35,531 nucleotides of DNA, taken from IMG/VR virus record IMGVR_UViG_3300017698_000052, positions 1-35,531 of that record. One strand, 5' to 3'. The notes beneath the pieces are model-generated. The model searched no databases. It had not been told where the DNA came from and saw nothing but the letters and a program-made list of their open reading frames with translations. The stretch comes from a virus. This document shows positions 1-7,514 of this stretch, piece by piece; the first letter of the stretch is position 1; each line of letters opens with the position of its first letter. Made by a program: the position numbers and the translations under genes.

Positions 1-99
1 GCACTCAAGCTGCCGGGCTCGGATGCGGGCGTTTCGTTCAAGATCGGCGACGAATCGACGAACAACGACATCATCACCTGCCCGATCGTGATTACGGGC
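1..99. repeat. Terminal direct repeat, identical to 35433..35531. Read as the assembly overlap of a circular or terminally redundant genome.
   Basis: Direct comparison: gcactcaagctgccgggctcggatgcgg...cgtgattacgggc occurs at both ends, 99/99 nt. Confidence 0.95.
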
Positions 100-390
100 G
101 GTCCGAACGTGGATCGTTCCGAGGGCAAGCCGACCGACCTGACGTATTCGTTCAAGGGCAACGGTGACATCCAGATCGACGGCGACAGTTCGCTGTTCCC
201 GGTGTCGTCTGCGGGCACGCCCGAGGACATCCCGGACCCCGCGTTTGACACGGTGGTATTCACCACGTCGTCGGGCAAGTCGCTGACCGGCTCGGCTTCG
301 TGGCAGTCGATCCAGATCGCACGAAACACAGGCTCGGAGATCGGCGGCACGTTGGTGCTGCAGGGCTCGGGCGCTCTGACGCCAGCGTAA
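1..390 (+). CDS. Major tail (tube) protein, 3' part of the wrap-around gene (nt 1..99 duplicate 35433..35531)
   Basis: Same frame as 35010..35531; stop at 388..390. The Ser/Thr/Gly-rich beta-type composition is typical of tube proteins. Confidence 0.6.
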   Translation, partial: ALKLPGSDAGVSFKIGDESTNNDIITCPIVITGGPNVDRSEGKPTDLTYSFKGNGDIQIDGDSSLFPVSSAGTPEDIPDPAFDTVVFTTSSGKSLTGSASWQSIQIARNTGSEIGGTLVLQGSGALTPA

Positions 391-449
391 GGGGGTTCGG
401 TGGTCGCGTTACTCGAACAGGGCGAGGTAGTCGCGGATGGCGGTCCGGG

Positions 450-671
450 CTACTCCTGCGCCGGCGCGGCTTTGCTGAAGCACGCGAACCCGAGGGCGAA
501 CGGCCACAGGATCGGGATGACGAGCGAGCCCCACGAAAGCGTCCGCAGCGTCTTGGTGTCCGACACGCCACGCTCGGTCCCGAGCTTGATCGGCACCATG
601 ATGAGCAGGCTGGCGAGCCCGACGTATATGGCCGCAGCGATGAGCACGAGGATGATGTCGCCAAGGTACAT
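450..671 (-). CDS. Small two-helix membrane protein (73 aa), antisense moron-like gene between tube and tape-measure genes
   Basis: Minus-strand ATG at 671 preceded by GGAGA with 7-nt spacing. Product MYLGDIILVLIAAAIYVGLASLLIMVPIK...SLVIPILWPFALGFACF has two clear hydrophobic helices. An AT-richer non-coding stretch lies upstream (672..794). Confidence 0.55.
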   Translation of the reverse strand: MYLGDIILVLIAAAIYVGLASLLIMVPIKLGTERGVSDTKTLRTLSWGSLVIPILWPFALGFACFSKAAPAQE

Positions 672-794
672 GGTGGGGTCTCCTTCTGGTGTTCCAGCGT
701 ACCAAACAGGCCGCGAGTCACACAGCACCAATCAAAAAAATAGAGATCGGCCACCGCTGGCCCGTTTCGCCACCCTTATCGGGCGGGGGGCGGC

Positions 795-1919
795 ATGGGC
801 ATAGGCAACAAGATCGGCTCGGCATACCTCGAAATCAAGGCGACCGGGGCACAGAAGGCCAAGGTCGCCATCAACGGGGTGACAAACGCCGCAAAGAAGA
901 TGTCGGCGGGGTTCGATAAGTCCCTCGGCAACGTCGCCACACGCATGGAGGGGGCCACCGAGGGGGCGAGGAAGTTCCAGGGGGCCATCGGTGGTGTGCT
1001 GGGCATCGTCGCGGCGGTCGCTGCCGGGTTTTACAAGCTCGGAAACGCGGTCTTTGAGGTCAAAGAGCAGCTCCAATCGGGGAAGACCAAAGCCAAAGAG
1101 TTCCTCGATGAACTTCGGTCCGAGAGCCTCCGCGACTTTTCGGCAGAAGCGGACGGCATAAGGAAGCGCATCGACGAGCTGAACAAGGTTCTGGCGGGCA
1201 GGGGTGTCGGCGGTGCCGCGAACCGTGGCCTGGGCCTGATGACAAAGAGGCTCGAAGACGAGAAGGACGCGCTGACGGCGGCGCTGCAATCGGTGAACCG
1301 GGCCGAACAGGGGCTCCGGGCGAGAGAGCAGCGGCAACGCGATGCCGAGGATCAGAACAGGAAGGCCCAGGTCGAGGGGCAGACCGCCTCGCTGGAAATC
1401 TCGCTGCTCCAAGCGAGGGCGTCCGCTGAGTTGGACGCCAACGAGCAGGCCAGGCTTCTGACGGTCGCGGCGGAGCTCCAGCTCAAAAAGGACATCGCCG
1501 ACACAGACCGGAGAATCGCGGACGCGAAGAAAAACTACCGCGACGAAGAGGCCGAGGCGCTGATGCTCCAGCAACAGTTAATCGTCGCCAATGCCCAGGC
1601 GACGGTTGACCTGATCGAGCGGAACCGAGCCCTCGCAAGCAAGGCCCTCGCTGAGCAACTCGCCGAAGAGAAGGCCGCCGCCGAGTCCGCAGCCAGAGCC
1701 AAGATCCAAGCCGACAAAGAAGCAGCCGACGCGGCCCGCGAGCAGGCCCGCGAAACCGCACGCGTCATGGCCGAGGAAAACGCCAAGGTGCTCGCCGACT
1801 TCGCCGCCGGCATCCAGGACTCGATCGCACAGATCAACGGCAATAACGGGGCGTCGTCCAGCCTCGAATTCCTGCTCAAAGAAATCCAGGGCGACATCCG
1901 TAGGGGGATCAAGCGATGA
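795..1919 (+). CDS. Tape measure protein (short, 374 aa)
   Basis: Follows the tube gene. Has one hydrophobic segment (GAIGGVLGIVAAVAAGFY), then long A/E/K/R/Q-rich coiled-coil sequence. G-rich RBS before the ATG; stop overlaps the next start (ATGA). Confidence 0.6.
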   Translation: MGIGNKIGSAYLEIKATGAQKAKVAINGVTNAAKKMSAGFDKSLGNVATRMEGATEGARKFQGAIGGVLGIVAAVAAGFYKLGNAVFEVKEQLQSGKTKAKEFLDELRSESLRDFSAEADGIRKRIDELNKVLAGRGVGGAANRGLGLMTKRLEDEKDALTAALQSVNRAEQGLRAREQRQRDAEDQNRKAQVEGQTASLEISLLQARASAELDANEQARLLTVAAELQLKKDIADTDRRIADAKKNYRDEEAEALMLQQQLIVANAQATVDLIERNRALASKALAEQLAEEKAAAESAARAKIQADKEAADAAREQARETARVMAEENAKVLADFAAGIQDSIAQINGNNGASSSLEFLLKEIQGDIRRGIKR

Positions 1920-2959
1920 GCAGCACATCCCCGCTGGTTGAGGGCATCAGGCAGGCGTTCCGCGCCGGGCGGCTCGACAAGACCGAGACCTATCGCGGCA
2001 TCCCGATCCGGTCCGGCGATCCCGACTGGCGGGACCAGCTCGCCCAGCAAGAGCCACCGCTGCCCAACGTCGGCGGGGTCGAGTCGCGTTCCGGTCTCAA
2101 CGTGCTGGGCGTGTCGATCCGACCGACCGGCAACCGCTCCGACGTTTCGGACATCACATACACGCTGAGCAGTTCGATCGACGCGGGCGGGGTGGCGACG
2201 ACGGCGAACCAGTCCGACGCGGAGGTGTCGTTCGAGATCTTCCCCGAATCGGCGGAGGTCGAGATCCCGTCGGCGGTGCTGTTCCCGGTCAGCACCGAGA
2301 CGGTCGAGGTCGGCGAGGATGGTCTGCCGACCGAACCGCCCACGATGATCGGCTCACCCGGCGCGGACATCGAAGAGGGTGGGCGGGTGTTCAACTCGAC
2401 CCGAGCCCGCGTGATCTACACCGTGACGGGGACGGCGGCATCGCTGGGCATCCCGGTCGGGTTCAACTTCGGCACGATCCCTGGGATGCTTCTGCAGACC
2501 GACACGATCCATGTGATCGGCGTTACCCCGCTGCTGTTCAGGATCGGGAGCGTTCGGCAGGTGACGCGGACCGACGGCGACCCGGGCGCCAGCCGCTACT
2601 CAATCTCATACGAGTGGACAGCGGACCTTGGCGTGCTGTGGGCGACGCCGCAGGCCCCGTACGCCGTCGATCCCGAGATCGGCAAGGCGGGCGAGCTGTT
2701 CCCCGTCCCCGACACGATCGGGGCGGTGGAAGCGGACACCGACGGCAACGTCTTCTCGGGCGTGTTCCTGCCGCACATCGAGGTTCCGGGCGACCTGCTC
2801 GCAATCGTGGGGCCGACGCGGTTCATCTCGCCCCCGTTCTGCACGATCGAACGCGGCGCGAAGCAGGATCAGGGCATCCCCTACCCGACATTCATCGCAA
2901 ACCCGCAGTACAAGCGGGTCGCGCCCGACGACTGGCAGAACCTGCCGGGGGTGTTCTAG
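1916..2959 (+). CDS. Tail structural protein (distal tail/baseplate candidate)
   Basis: 347-aa ORF translationally coupled to the tape measure. Call rests on position in the tail module; no motif recognised. Confidence 0.45.
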   Translation: MSSTSPLVEGIRQAFRAGRLDKTETYRGIPIRSGDPDWRDQLAQQEPPLPNVGGVESRSGLNVLGVSIRPTGNRSDVSDITYTLSSSIDAGGVATTANQSDAEVSFEIFPESAEVEIPSAVLFPVSTETVEVGEDGLPTEPPTMIGSPGADIEEGGRVFNSTRARVIYTVTGTAASLGIPVGFNFGTIPGMLLQTDTIHVIGVTPLLFRIGSVRQVTRTDGDPGASRYSISYEWTADLGVLWATPQAPYAVDPEIGKAGELFPVPDTIGAVEADTDGNVFSGVFLPHIEVPGDLLAIVGPTRFISPPFCTIERGAKQDQGIPYPTFIANPQYKRVAPDDWQNLPGVF

Positions 2960-3282
2960 TGGTCAACCAAGAAACACGCACATACCCGGTCGAGCTCGAG
3001 GGCGATTCCTACCAGGTGCCGTGCCGGGGCTACGCGTTCGCCGCGATCCAGGTCATACCGGACGGCTACTCGAGCACAACGGGCGTGATCGAACTCAAGC
3101 GGAGCCTGAGCGACGACCCGGCCGACGCGGTGTCGTTCTCATCGGCAAAGACACCGAACATGACCAGCAAGGCGATCCTCGACACGATCGACGTGCGCGA
3201 CGTCGATTACCTGTACATCCACAACACCACCGCAGACTCGGGCAAGCGTGCCCGCGTGCTGATCCATCTCTCGGAGGAATGA
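2959..3282 (+). CDS. Small tail-module protein (107 aa)
   Basis: GTG at 2959 overlaps the upstream TAG (TAGTG), with a GGGGG RBS upstream. High wobble GC. Lies in the downstream part of ORF-track entry 2614..3282. Confidence 0.45.
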   Translation: MVNQETRTYPVELEGDSYQVPCRGYAFAAIQVIPDGYSSTTGVIELKRSLSDDPADAVSFSSAKTPNMTSKAILDTIDVRDVDYLYIHNTTADSGKRARVLIHLSEE

Positions 3283-3285
3283 CCC

Positions 3286-4119
3286 ATGGCGACCCTGAAC
3301 ACAAACGCGACATCGTTTGCCGCAGCAAATTGGTCCGACGCGACCGGGTTCGCCGATTCGGCGGTCCTGGTCGCCGCGGACGGCAACCAGCCCGTCGTGA
3401 CCGCGCTGGACTACTCAACGCTCACCGAGGGCATCGAGGAGTACACGCAGGCCGAGTCGTTCCGGGCCAACGTGGGCACGCCCGCCAACCCGCTGAAGTG
3501 CGACGCGGACGCGTCGGCGGACGCCCGCATCCAGAATTACAGCCCGTACGCCCTGCACTATGAGGCGGACGGCGACGAGAACCTGTGCAACGTGCTCCGG
3601 CAGGGCGGCACGGGCAGCACCTACGTCTACGGCGGCACCGTCACGCAGACCTACCAGACGCGGGGCTATCTGTACGTGAACGCGTCAACGGTCGTGACAG
3701 ACCTCGACATCGCGGCGGGCCGCTCGGTCATCGAGAACAACGCGACCGGGATCAACTCGGTCGTGTACCACAGCGGCCAGCACGTGCTCAAGCGGGACTG
3801 CGACGCGGACGGCACGATCACGGTCAAGAAGGGTGCAACGGTCACGATCGACATTCCCGACGCATCGCCCACGGTGGAACTGCTCGTCGAACTGGGCGGC
3901 AAGGTCATCGTCAAGGAGTGCGCCACGATCGCCAAGTGCGACAATAACGGCACGCTCAACATCGACGGGGCCAAGGGTGGCTGCACGCTCGGTGCGACCC
4001 GGCACAACCAGGGGCCGTACGCGGTGCTGGTGCGCGGCACACAGAACACGATCACCGAGCCGACGTTCCCGCACGGCATCCGCGACGCGGGCAGCCCGCA
4101 GGGTGGTCCGGCGATCTGA
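3286..4119 (+). CDS. Tail fibre/spike-like protein (beta-helix-like repeats)
   Basis: GGAGGA RBS. The 277-aa product is rich in short G/N/T/V beta-strand repeats (GGTVTQTY, GATVTIDIP, GGKVIVKE, GTLNIDGAKGG). Confidence 0.45.
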   Translation: MATLNTNATSFAAANWSDATGFADSAVLVAADGNQPVVTALDYSTLTEGIEEYTQAESFRANVGTPANPLKCDADASADARIQNYSPYALHYEADGDENLCNVLRQGGTGSTYVYGGTVTQTYQTRGYLYVNASTVVTDLDIAAGRSVIENNATGINSVVYHSGQHVLKRDCDADGTITVKKGATVTIDIPDASPTVELLVELGGKVIVKECATIAKCDNNGTLNIDGAKGGCTLGATRHNQGPYAVLVRGTQNTITEPTFPHGIRDAGSPQGGPAI

Positions 4120-4691
4120 TGGCCGACACCGTGACCCATGCCCGCATCCTCGACACCCGCACGGCGGGCGAGGTTGTGCTGTGGGAAATCGCGGTGGCGT
4201 TGCCGGGCGGCGGCGAGTACCGCCCCGGCTGGATCGAGGGCGGTTCGTACGTCATGGCGGGCGGTCTGATCGTGGGGCTGCTGGTGGCGGGCGAGCGGGG
4301 GCGGGAGTTCAAGCCGATGGGCTCGGGCGGCGGGGGGTCGTCGTTCGGCCAGTTCCACGCCCGGATTCTGAGTGCGAACCCCGTCTCGTTCGGGCGGTGG
4401 GAATACGACTGGGAGCAGGTCACCCCGTCGGCGACCCAGCCCGGCGAGTTCGATCTGAAAGAGGGCGGCAAGAACAGCGCGATGGACGGGCGGGCACGCA
4501 ACGGCGTTGAGACGCCCAACCTGCCCGCGTCGGTCCTCGGGTCGGGCGTGGACGCGGCGACGCTCCCCAGCGGCTTCCAGCCCGTCCCTGTGGGCGACGG
4601 GGCCGTTGTGCGGCTGTCCGGCCCGTACGGGTCGGGCTCGGGCGCGTGGTGGCTGTTCACGGTCAGCACGCACGTTGACGGGAGCTGCTGA
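4119..4691 (+). CDS. Tail-module protein (190 aa)
   Basis: Start overlaps the upstream stop (TGATG). Coding-like wobble GC; position in the tail module. Confidence 0.4.
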   Translation: MADTVTHARILDTRTAGEVVLWEIAVALPGGGEYRPGWIEGGSYVMAGGLIVGLLVAGERGREFKPMGSGGGGSSFGQFHARILSANPVSFGRWEYDWEQVTPSATQPGEFDLKEGGKNSAMDGRARNGVETPNLPASVLGSGVDAATLPSGFQPVPVGDGAVVRLSGPYGSGSGAWWLFTVSTHVDGSC

Positions 4692-6229
4692 TGAGCACGC
4701 ACCGTGCCTGCTGCTGCGGACCGGGCAACGAGTGCGGCATGCTGGGCACCGCCCACGTCTGCGAACTCGGCATCGATGTGCCCGTCTACGCCTTCCTGCC
4801 CGTGCAGGGGATCACCTACACGACATCGGCGCATGAGGCGGCGAGCGGGCCGGGTGTGCTGGACTATGACGTTACGACGACCACCAGCGGGGCCTACGGG
4901 TTCGCGGTCCAGTACGATCGGACGGCGACCGACGCGGAGGTCATCGCGGAGTTCGGGCTGTCCGGCTACGACAACGTGCTGATTTCGGGTCCGAGCGGGC
5001 AGCCCACACCGGGGCTCACGGCCCGCGTTTTCCACGCATGGACCGAGAATCTCAACTCATCGAACGGCTCCAGCCTGGCTCCGGGCATCGGGTTCCACGG
5101 CGTCAACGGCAACCAGTGGAGCATCGTCGGTGTTCCGGGCGGGCCCGAGTGCGGGCAGACGGTGATGGCACAGGCCTCATCGGTGCTGACCAGGAACAGG
5201 AGCTCGGCTGGCACGCCGACGAGCTACTCGGGCATGTACACAGAGCGGGTGGTTTTCGATGGCGACTTCGACGACCGCTTGTTCGAGGAGACCAGATCGG
5301 CGACCGTCTCGCCCGGCTTGTCGATCCAGTCGCTGCCCTCGTATTGGGAAGGCCCGCCCGACTTCAACCTGTGCTCGCTGGCGTTCCCGTTCTACACCTA
5401 CCAGGACATGACCCCGGACACCGAGGACGGGATGCTGCTGTTGAAGTGCGACGGCACCCCCGGCGCGATCTTCTACCGCAAGACCGCGTTCGATGCCCTC
5501 GGGCTGGCGTCGGGCGATGTGGTCAAGATCGCGGGCGTGTGCTGGCGGCAGGACGGCGTGACCAACGGCAATTCGGCGGAGGTCCGCTCGCCCGCGATCG
5601 AATCGGTGCACCCGACCTGCTCGGACTGCAGCTCCGATGCGGTGCCGTGCTGGATACTCGAGCGGTGCGATGGGCAGGGCCAGCCGGTCAACGTCGATGC
5701 GGCGGAACTGGCGGCGGTTCCGGGCTCGGGCAACGTGTTCAGGATCGCGGGCGTGTGCTGGACCAAGACGGGCGAGGTGGTCGCGGTGCCTGCGGCTATC
5801 CGGGCTGCGGACATCGAGGCCCGGTTCGTCGGGTGTACCGCGTGCGATGATCGCCCGCTGAACGTCCGCTTCGACCCCTGCACGGGTTTCGGCACCGCCC
5901 CGTCGTTCTACGTCGATCAGGAAGAGTACTTCGCCCTTGCGGACCCGCCCGCCGTGGTCGGCGGTGTGATCGGTGGCGGGCAGCGCCGGTGCTACCACTA
6001 CGCGGCCCGTGACCTTGAGGTCGGCGACCCGATCGCTATCGAGGCGTTCGAGCTGCTGTCGTCGTTCCCCAACTGTCAGACATGCTACGGACCGATCGAG
6101 CCGCCCGGCCCGGAGATCCGCCCCAGCGTTGCCGTGACCGCACCCCCGAGCCAAGACCACCGGAACGCCGCGATCGAGGCGGCGATGAGCCAAGACCCAC
6201 TGAGACGCTGCAAAGGCTGCGGCCAATAG
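4691..6229 (+). CDS. Cys-rich tail fibre / receptor-binding candidate with three tandem four-Cys modules
   Basis: 512 aa. N-terminus is MSTHRACCCGPGNEC. The C-terminal half has three modules of about 70 aa (C..IAGVCW..CxxC; see findings). It is the last large gene of the tail module. Confidence 0.5.
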   Translation: MSTHRACCCGPGNECGMLGTAHVCELGIDVPVYAFLPVQGITYTTSAHEAASGPGVLDYDVTTTTSGAYGFAVQYDRTATDAEVIAEFGLSGYDNVLISGPSGQPTPGLTARVFHAWTENLNSSNGSSLAPGIGFHGVNGNQWSIVGVPGGPECGQTVMAQASSVLTRNRSSAGTPTSYSGMYTERVVFDGDFDDRLFEETRSATVSPGLSIQSLPSYWEGPPDFNLCSLAFPFYTYQDMTPDTEDGMLLLKCDGTPGAIFYRKTAFDALGLASGDVVKIAGVCWRQDGVTNGNSAEVRSPAIESVHPTCSDCSSDAVPCWILERCDGQGQPVNVDAAELAAVPGSGNVFRIAGVCWTKTGEVVAVPAAIRAADIEARFVGCTACDDRPLNVRFDPCTGFGTAPSFYVDQEEYFALADPPAVVGGVIGGGQRRCYHYAARDLEVGDPIAIEAFELLSSFPNCQTCYGPIEPPGPEIRPSVAVTAPPSQDHRNAAIEAAMSQDPLRRCKGCGQ

Positions 6230-6239
6230 GAGACCCACC

Positions 6240-6512
6240 ATGCTCGAAAAGTACATGCACACCGCACGCGCGAAGCTCCGAGAGGGCATCAAGGCCAGCC
6301 TCACCGAGGGCAGCACCCACATCGAAGACAGCAAGCCGCTGCCGTTCGGGGCGACCGAGGCCCAGGAACTGTGCGCCATCGCGGCGGAGATCGTCTATCT
6401 CGCCGACGTGATCGAGTGCCTGAAGGAGACCGACGAAAAGGAGCGGACGCGGTGCCTGCTCATCGCGGCGGACACCTACTGCACGAACTTTGACGCCTGT
6501 TTCCCGGAGTGA
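6240..6512 (+). CDS. Hypothetical protein (90 aa), accessory slot
   Basis: AGGAGA RBS 7 nt upstream of the ATG. No motif recognised. Confidence 0.4.
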   Translation: MLEKYMHTARAKLREGIKASLTEGSTHIEDSKPLPFGATEAQELCAIAAEIVYLADVIECLKETDEKERTRCLLIAADTYCTNFDACFPE

Positions 6513-6515
6513 ATC

Positions 6516-6947
6516 ATGCCCAAGGATGACGCGAAAAAGGCGGTTGTGGCGGCGGCGGCGAGTAACCCGCTGGTGGCCGGTGTCGTCCTCATGCTGGGGC
6601 TCGGTGCGATGGTCGAACTCCGCATCGCACCCGCATACGACGAGGCGAACGAGGCGATGGTCACCAGCGCCGCCCGTGTCGAGGTCGCGGTGGAGCACCA
6701 CGCCAAGGTTCTCGAGGAGCAGGGGCAGACGATCGAAAAGATTCTGGGTGAGGTCAGCGTGATCGTTGCGAGGATCAACACGCTGGGGGAGTCGCTGAGC
6801 AACCTGCGCGGCTACATGCAGGCGAGCCTTGAAAACCTGCGGAACGAGCTGCGTCGGTACGTCGATGAGCGGGTCGATGAGCGGGACGAGACGCTGCGGA
6901 AGGAACTGATGGAGCGGATGGAGCGGCTGATTGATCGGGTTGAGTGA
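6516..6947 (+). CDS. N-terminally membrane-anchored coiled-coil protein (Rz/i-spanin-like topology)
   Basis: GGAGTGA RBS. One TM segment (NPLVAGVVLMLGLGAMV) followed by a heptad-rich E/R/L C-terminal region; 143 aa. Confidence 0.45.
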   Translation: MPKDDAKKAVVAAAASNPLVAGVVLMLGLGAMVELRIAPAYDEANEAMVTSAARVEVAVEHHAKVLEEQGQTIEKILGEVSVIVARINTLGESLSNLRGYMQASLENLRNELRRYVDERVDERDETLRKELMERMERLIDRVE

Positions 6948-6957
6948 CCCGGCATAG

Positions 6958-7161
6958 TTACCGGCCCCCACCCGATCGGGGCCTGCCCCTCGGCATCCGC
7001 TCAAACCGGGGGATATCCGCACGCGCCCAGACGTACGCACGCCCCGCGATGACCACGGGCTCGATGCCTCGGGCACGGGCGATCGCACAGACGCGCGACG
7101 GCGTAACCTTAAGAATCGCCGCGAGTTCGGTTGTTGTAATAACTGACCTTGCTGGTGCCAA
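6958..7161 (-). CDS. xis: Excisionase-family / MerR-like HTH DNA-binding protein, transcribed divergently from int
   Basis: ITTTELAAILKVTPSRVCAIARARGIEPVVIAGRAYVWARADIPRF matches the excisionase-type HTH pattern. TTG at 7161 has GGGGGA 5 nt upstream; an alternative GTG lies at 7176. The ORF-track N-terminal extension to 7404 crosses the AT-rich promoter region. Confidence 0.55.
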   Translation of the reverse strand: MAPARSVITTTELAAILKVTPSRVCAIARARGIEPVVIAGRAYVWARADIPRFERMPRGRPRSGGGR

Positions 7162-7275
7162 TTCAATCCCCCGCACCCCCCGCCGAAATACGCCCGTAGA
7201 ACCCGCATACTGCCCCGCACGGCGGGAAAGGTCAACCGGTCGCGGCAAAATATTGAGCCGGATATTGTTGCCATA

Positions 7276-7289
7276 TGGAAATATTTCCA
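7276..7289. promoter_or_regulatory. Perfect 14-bp palindrome TGGAAATATTTCCA in the xis/int divergent control region (operator candidate)
   Basis: Read directly. Lies in the most AT-rich part of the window, between divergent genes. Confidence 0.35.
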
Positions 7290-7375
7290 CACGATCATAA
7301 CTAGATTCGGCGGGTGTCGGATCTGTGGAATGTGAAGATATTACATAGATTGTGGTAGCCCAACTTGGCCCCGTG

Positions 7376-7384
7376 TGGTACGTT
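7376..7384 (+). promoter_or_regulatory. Extended -10-like element TGGTACGTT upstream of int
   Basis: One of four intergenic TGGTACnnn occurrences (see findings). Confidence 0.3.
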
Positions 7385-7514
7385 CTGCCCGATGCCGACA
7401 GCACACCGGGAAGTGGGCGTGGTCTTGCCTGCCCAACAGTGGGGGTGGTCGTATCTCGTTGCCCCTCAACCTTTTATCCTTGATCCGCACCCCGCGATCG
7501 GTGATGATGGCGGC

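Noticed and set aside
1-99. Terminal repeats considered as IS/transposon ends or LTRs
   Set aside because: They are direct rather than inverted, lie inside a coding sequence that reads continuously across the junction, and no transposase is present.
400-804. A + strand ORF (134 aa) that exactly fills the tube-to-tape-measure gap; a tempting tail assembly chaperone
   Set aside because: The translation is S/R/M/P-rich with no globular or acidic chaperone character. It crosses an AT-rich non-coding-looking stretch and shares wobble positions with the opposite-strand ORF, so GC3 does not support it. The minus-strand product is a clean two-TM protein with its own RBS. Kept as an open question in the findings.
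6963-6983. GGCCCC...GGGGCC hairpin between convergent genes as a bidirectional terminator
   Set aside because: It has only 6 bp, lies within the xis-like coding 3' end and lacks a flanking T-run, so it is not strong enough to annotate.
7365-7514. N-terminal extension of the integrase (TTG 7365 or ATG 7392 starts from the ORF track)
   Set aside because: Wobble GC drops to roughly 60% here, against about 80% in the body of int, and the stretch contains promoter-like boxes. The ATG at 7515, just before the core-binding domain, is preferred. ATG 7392 remains possible as a leaderless start.
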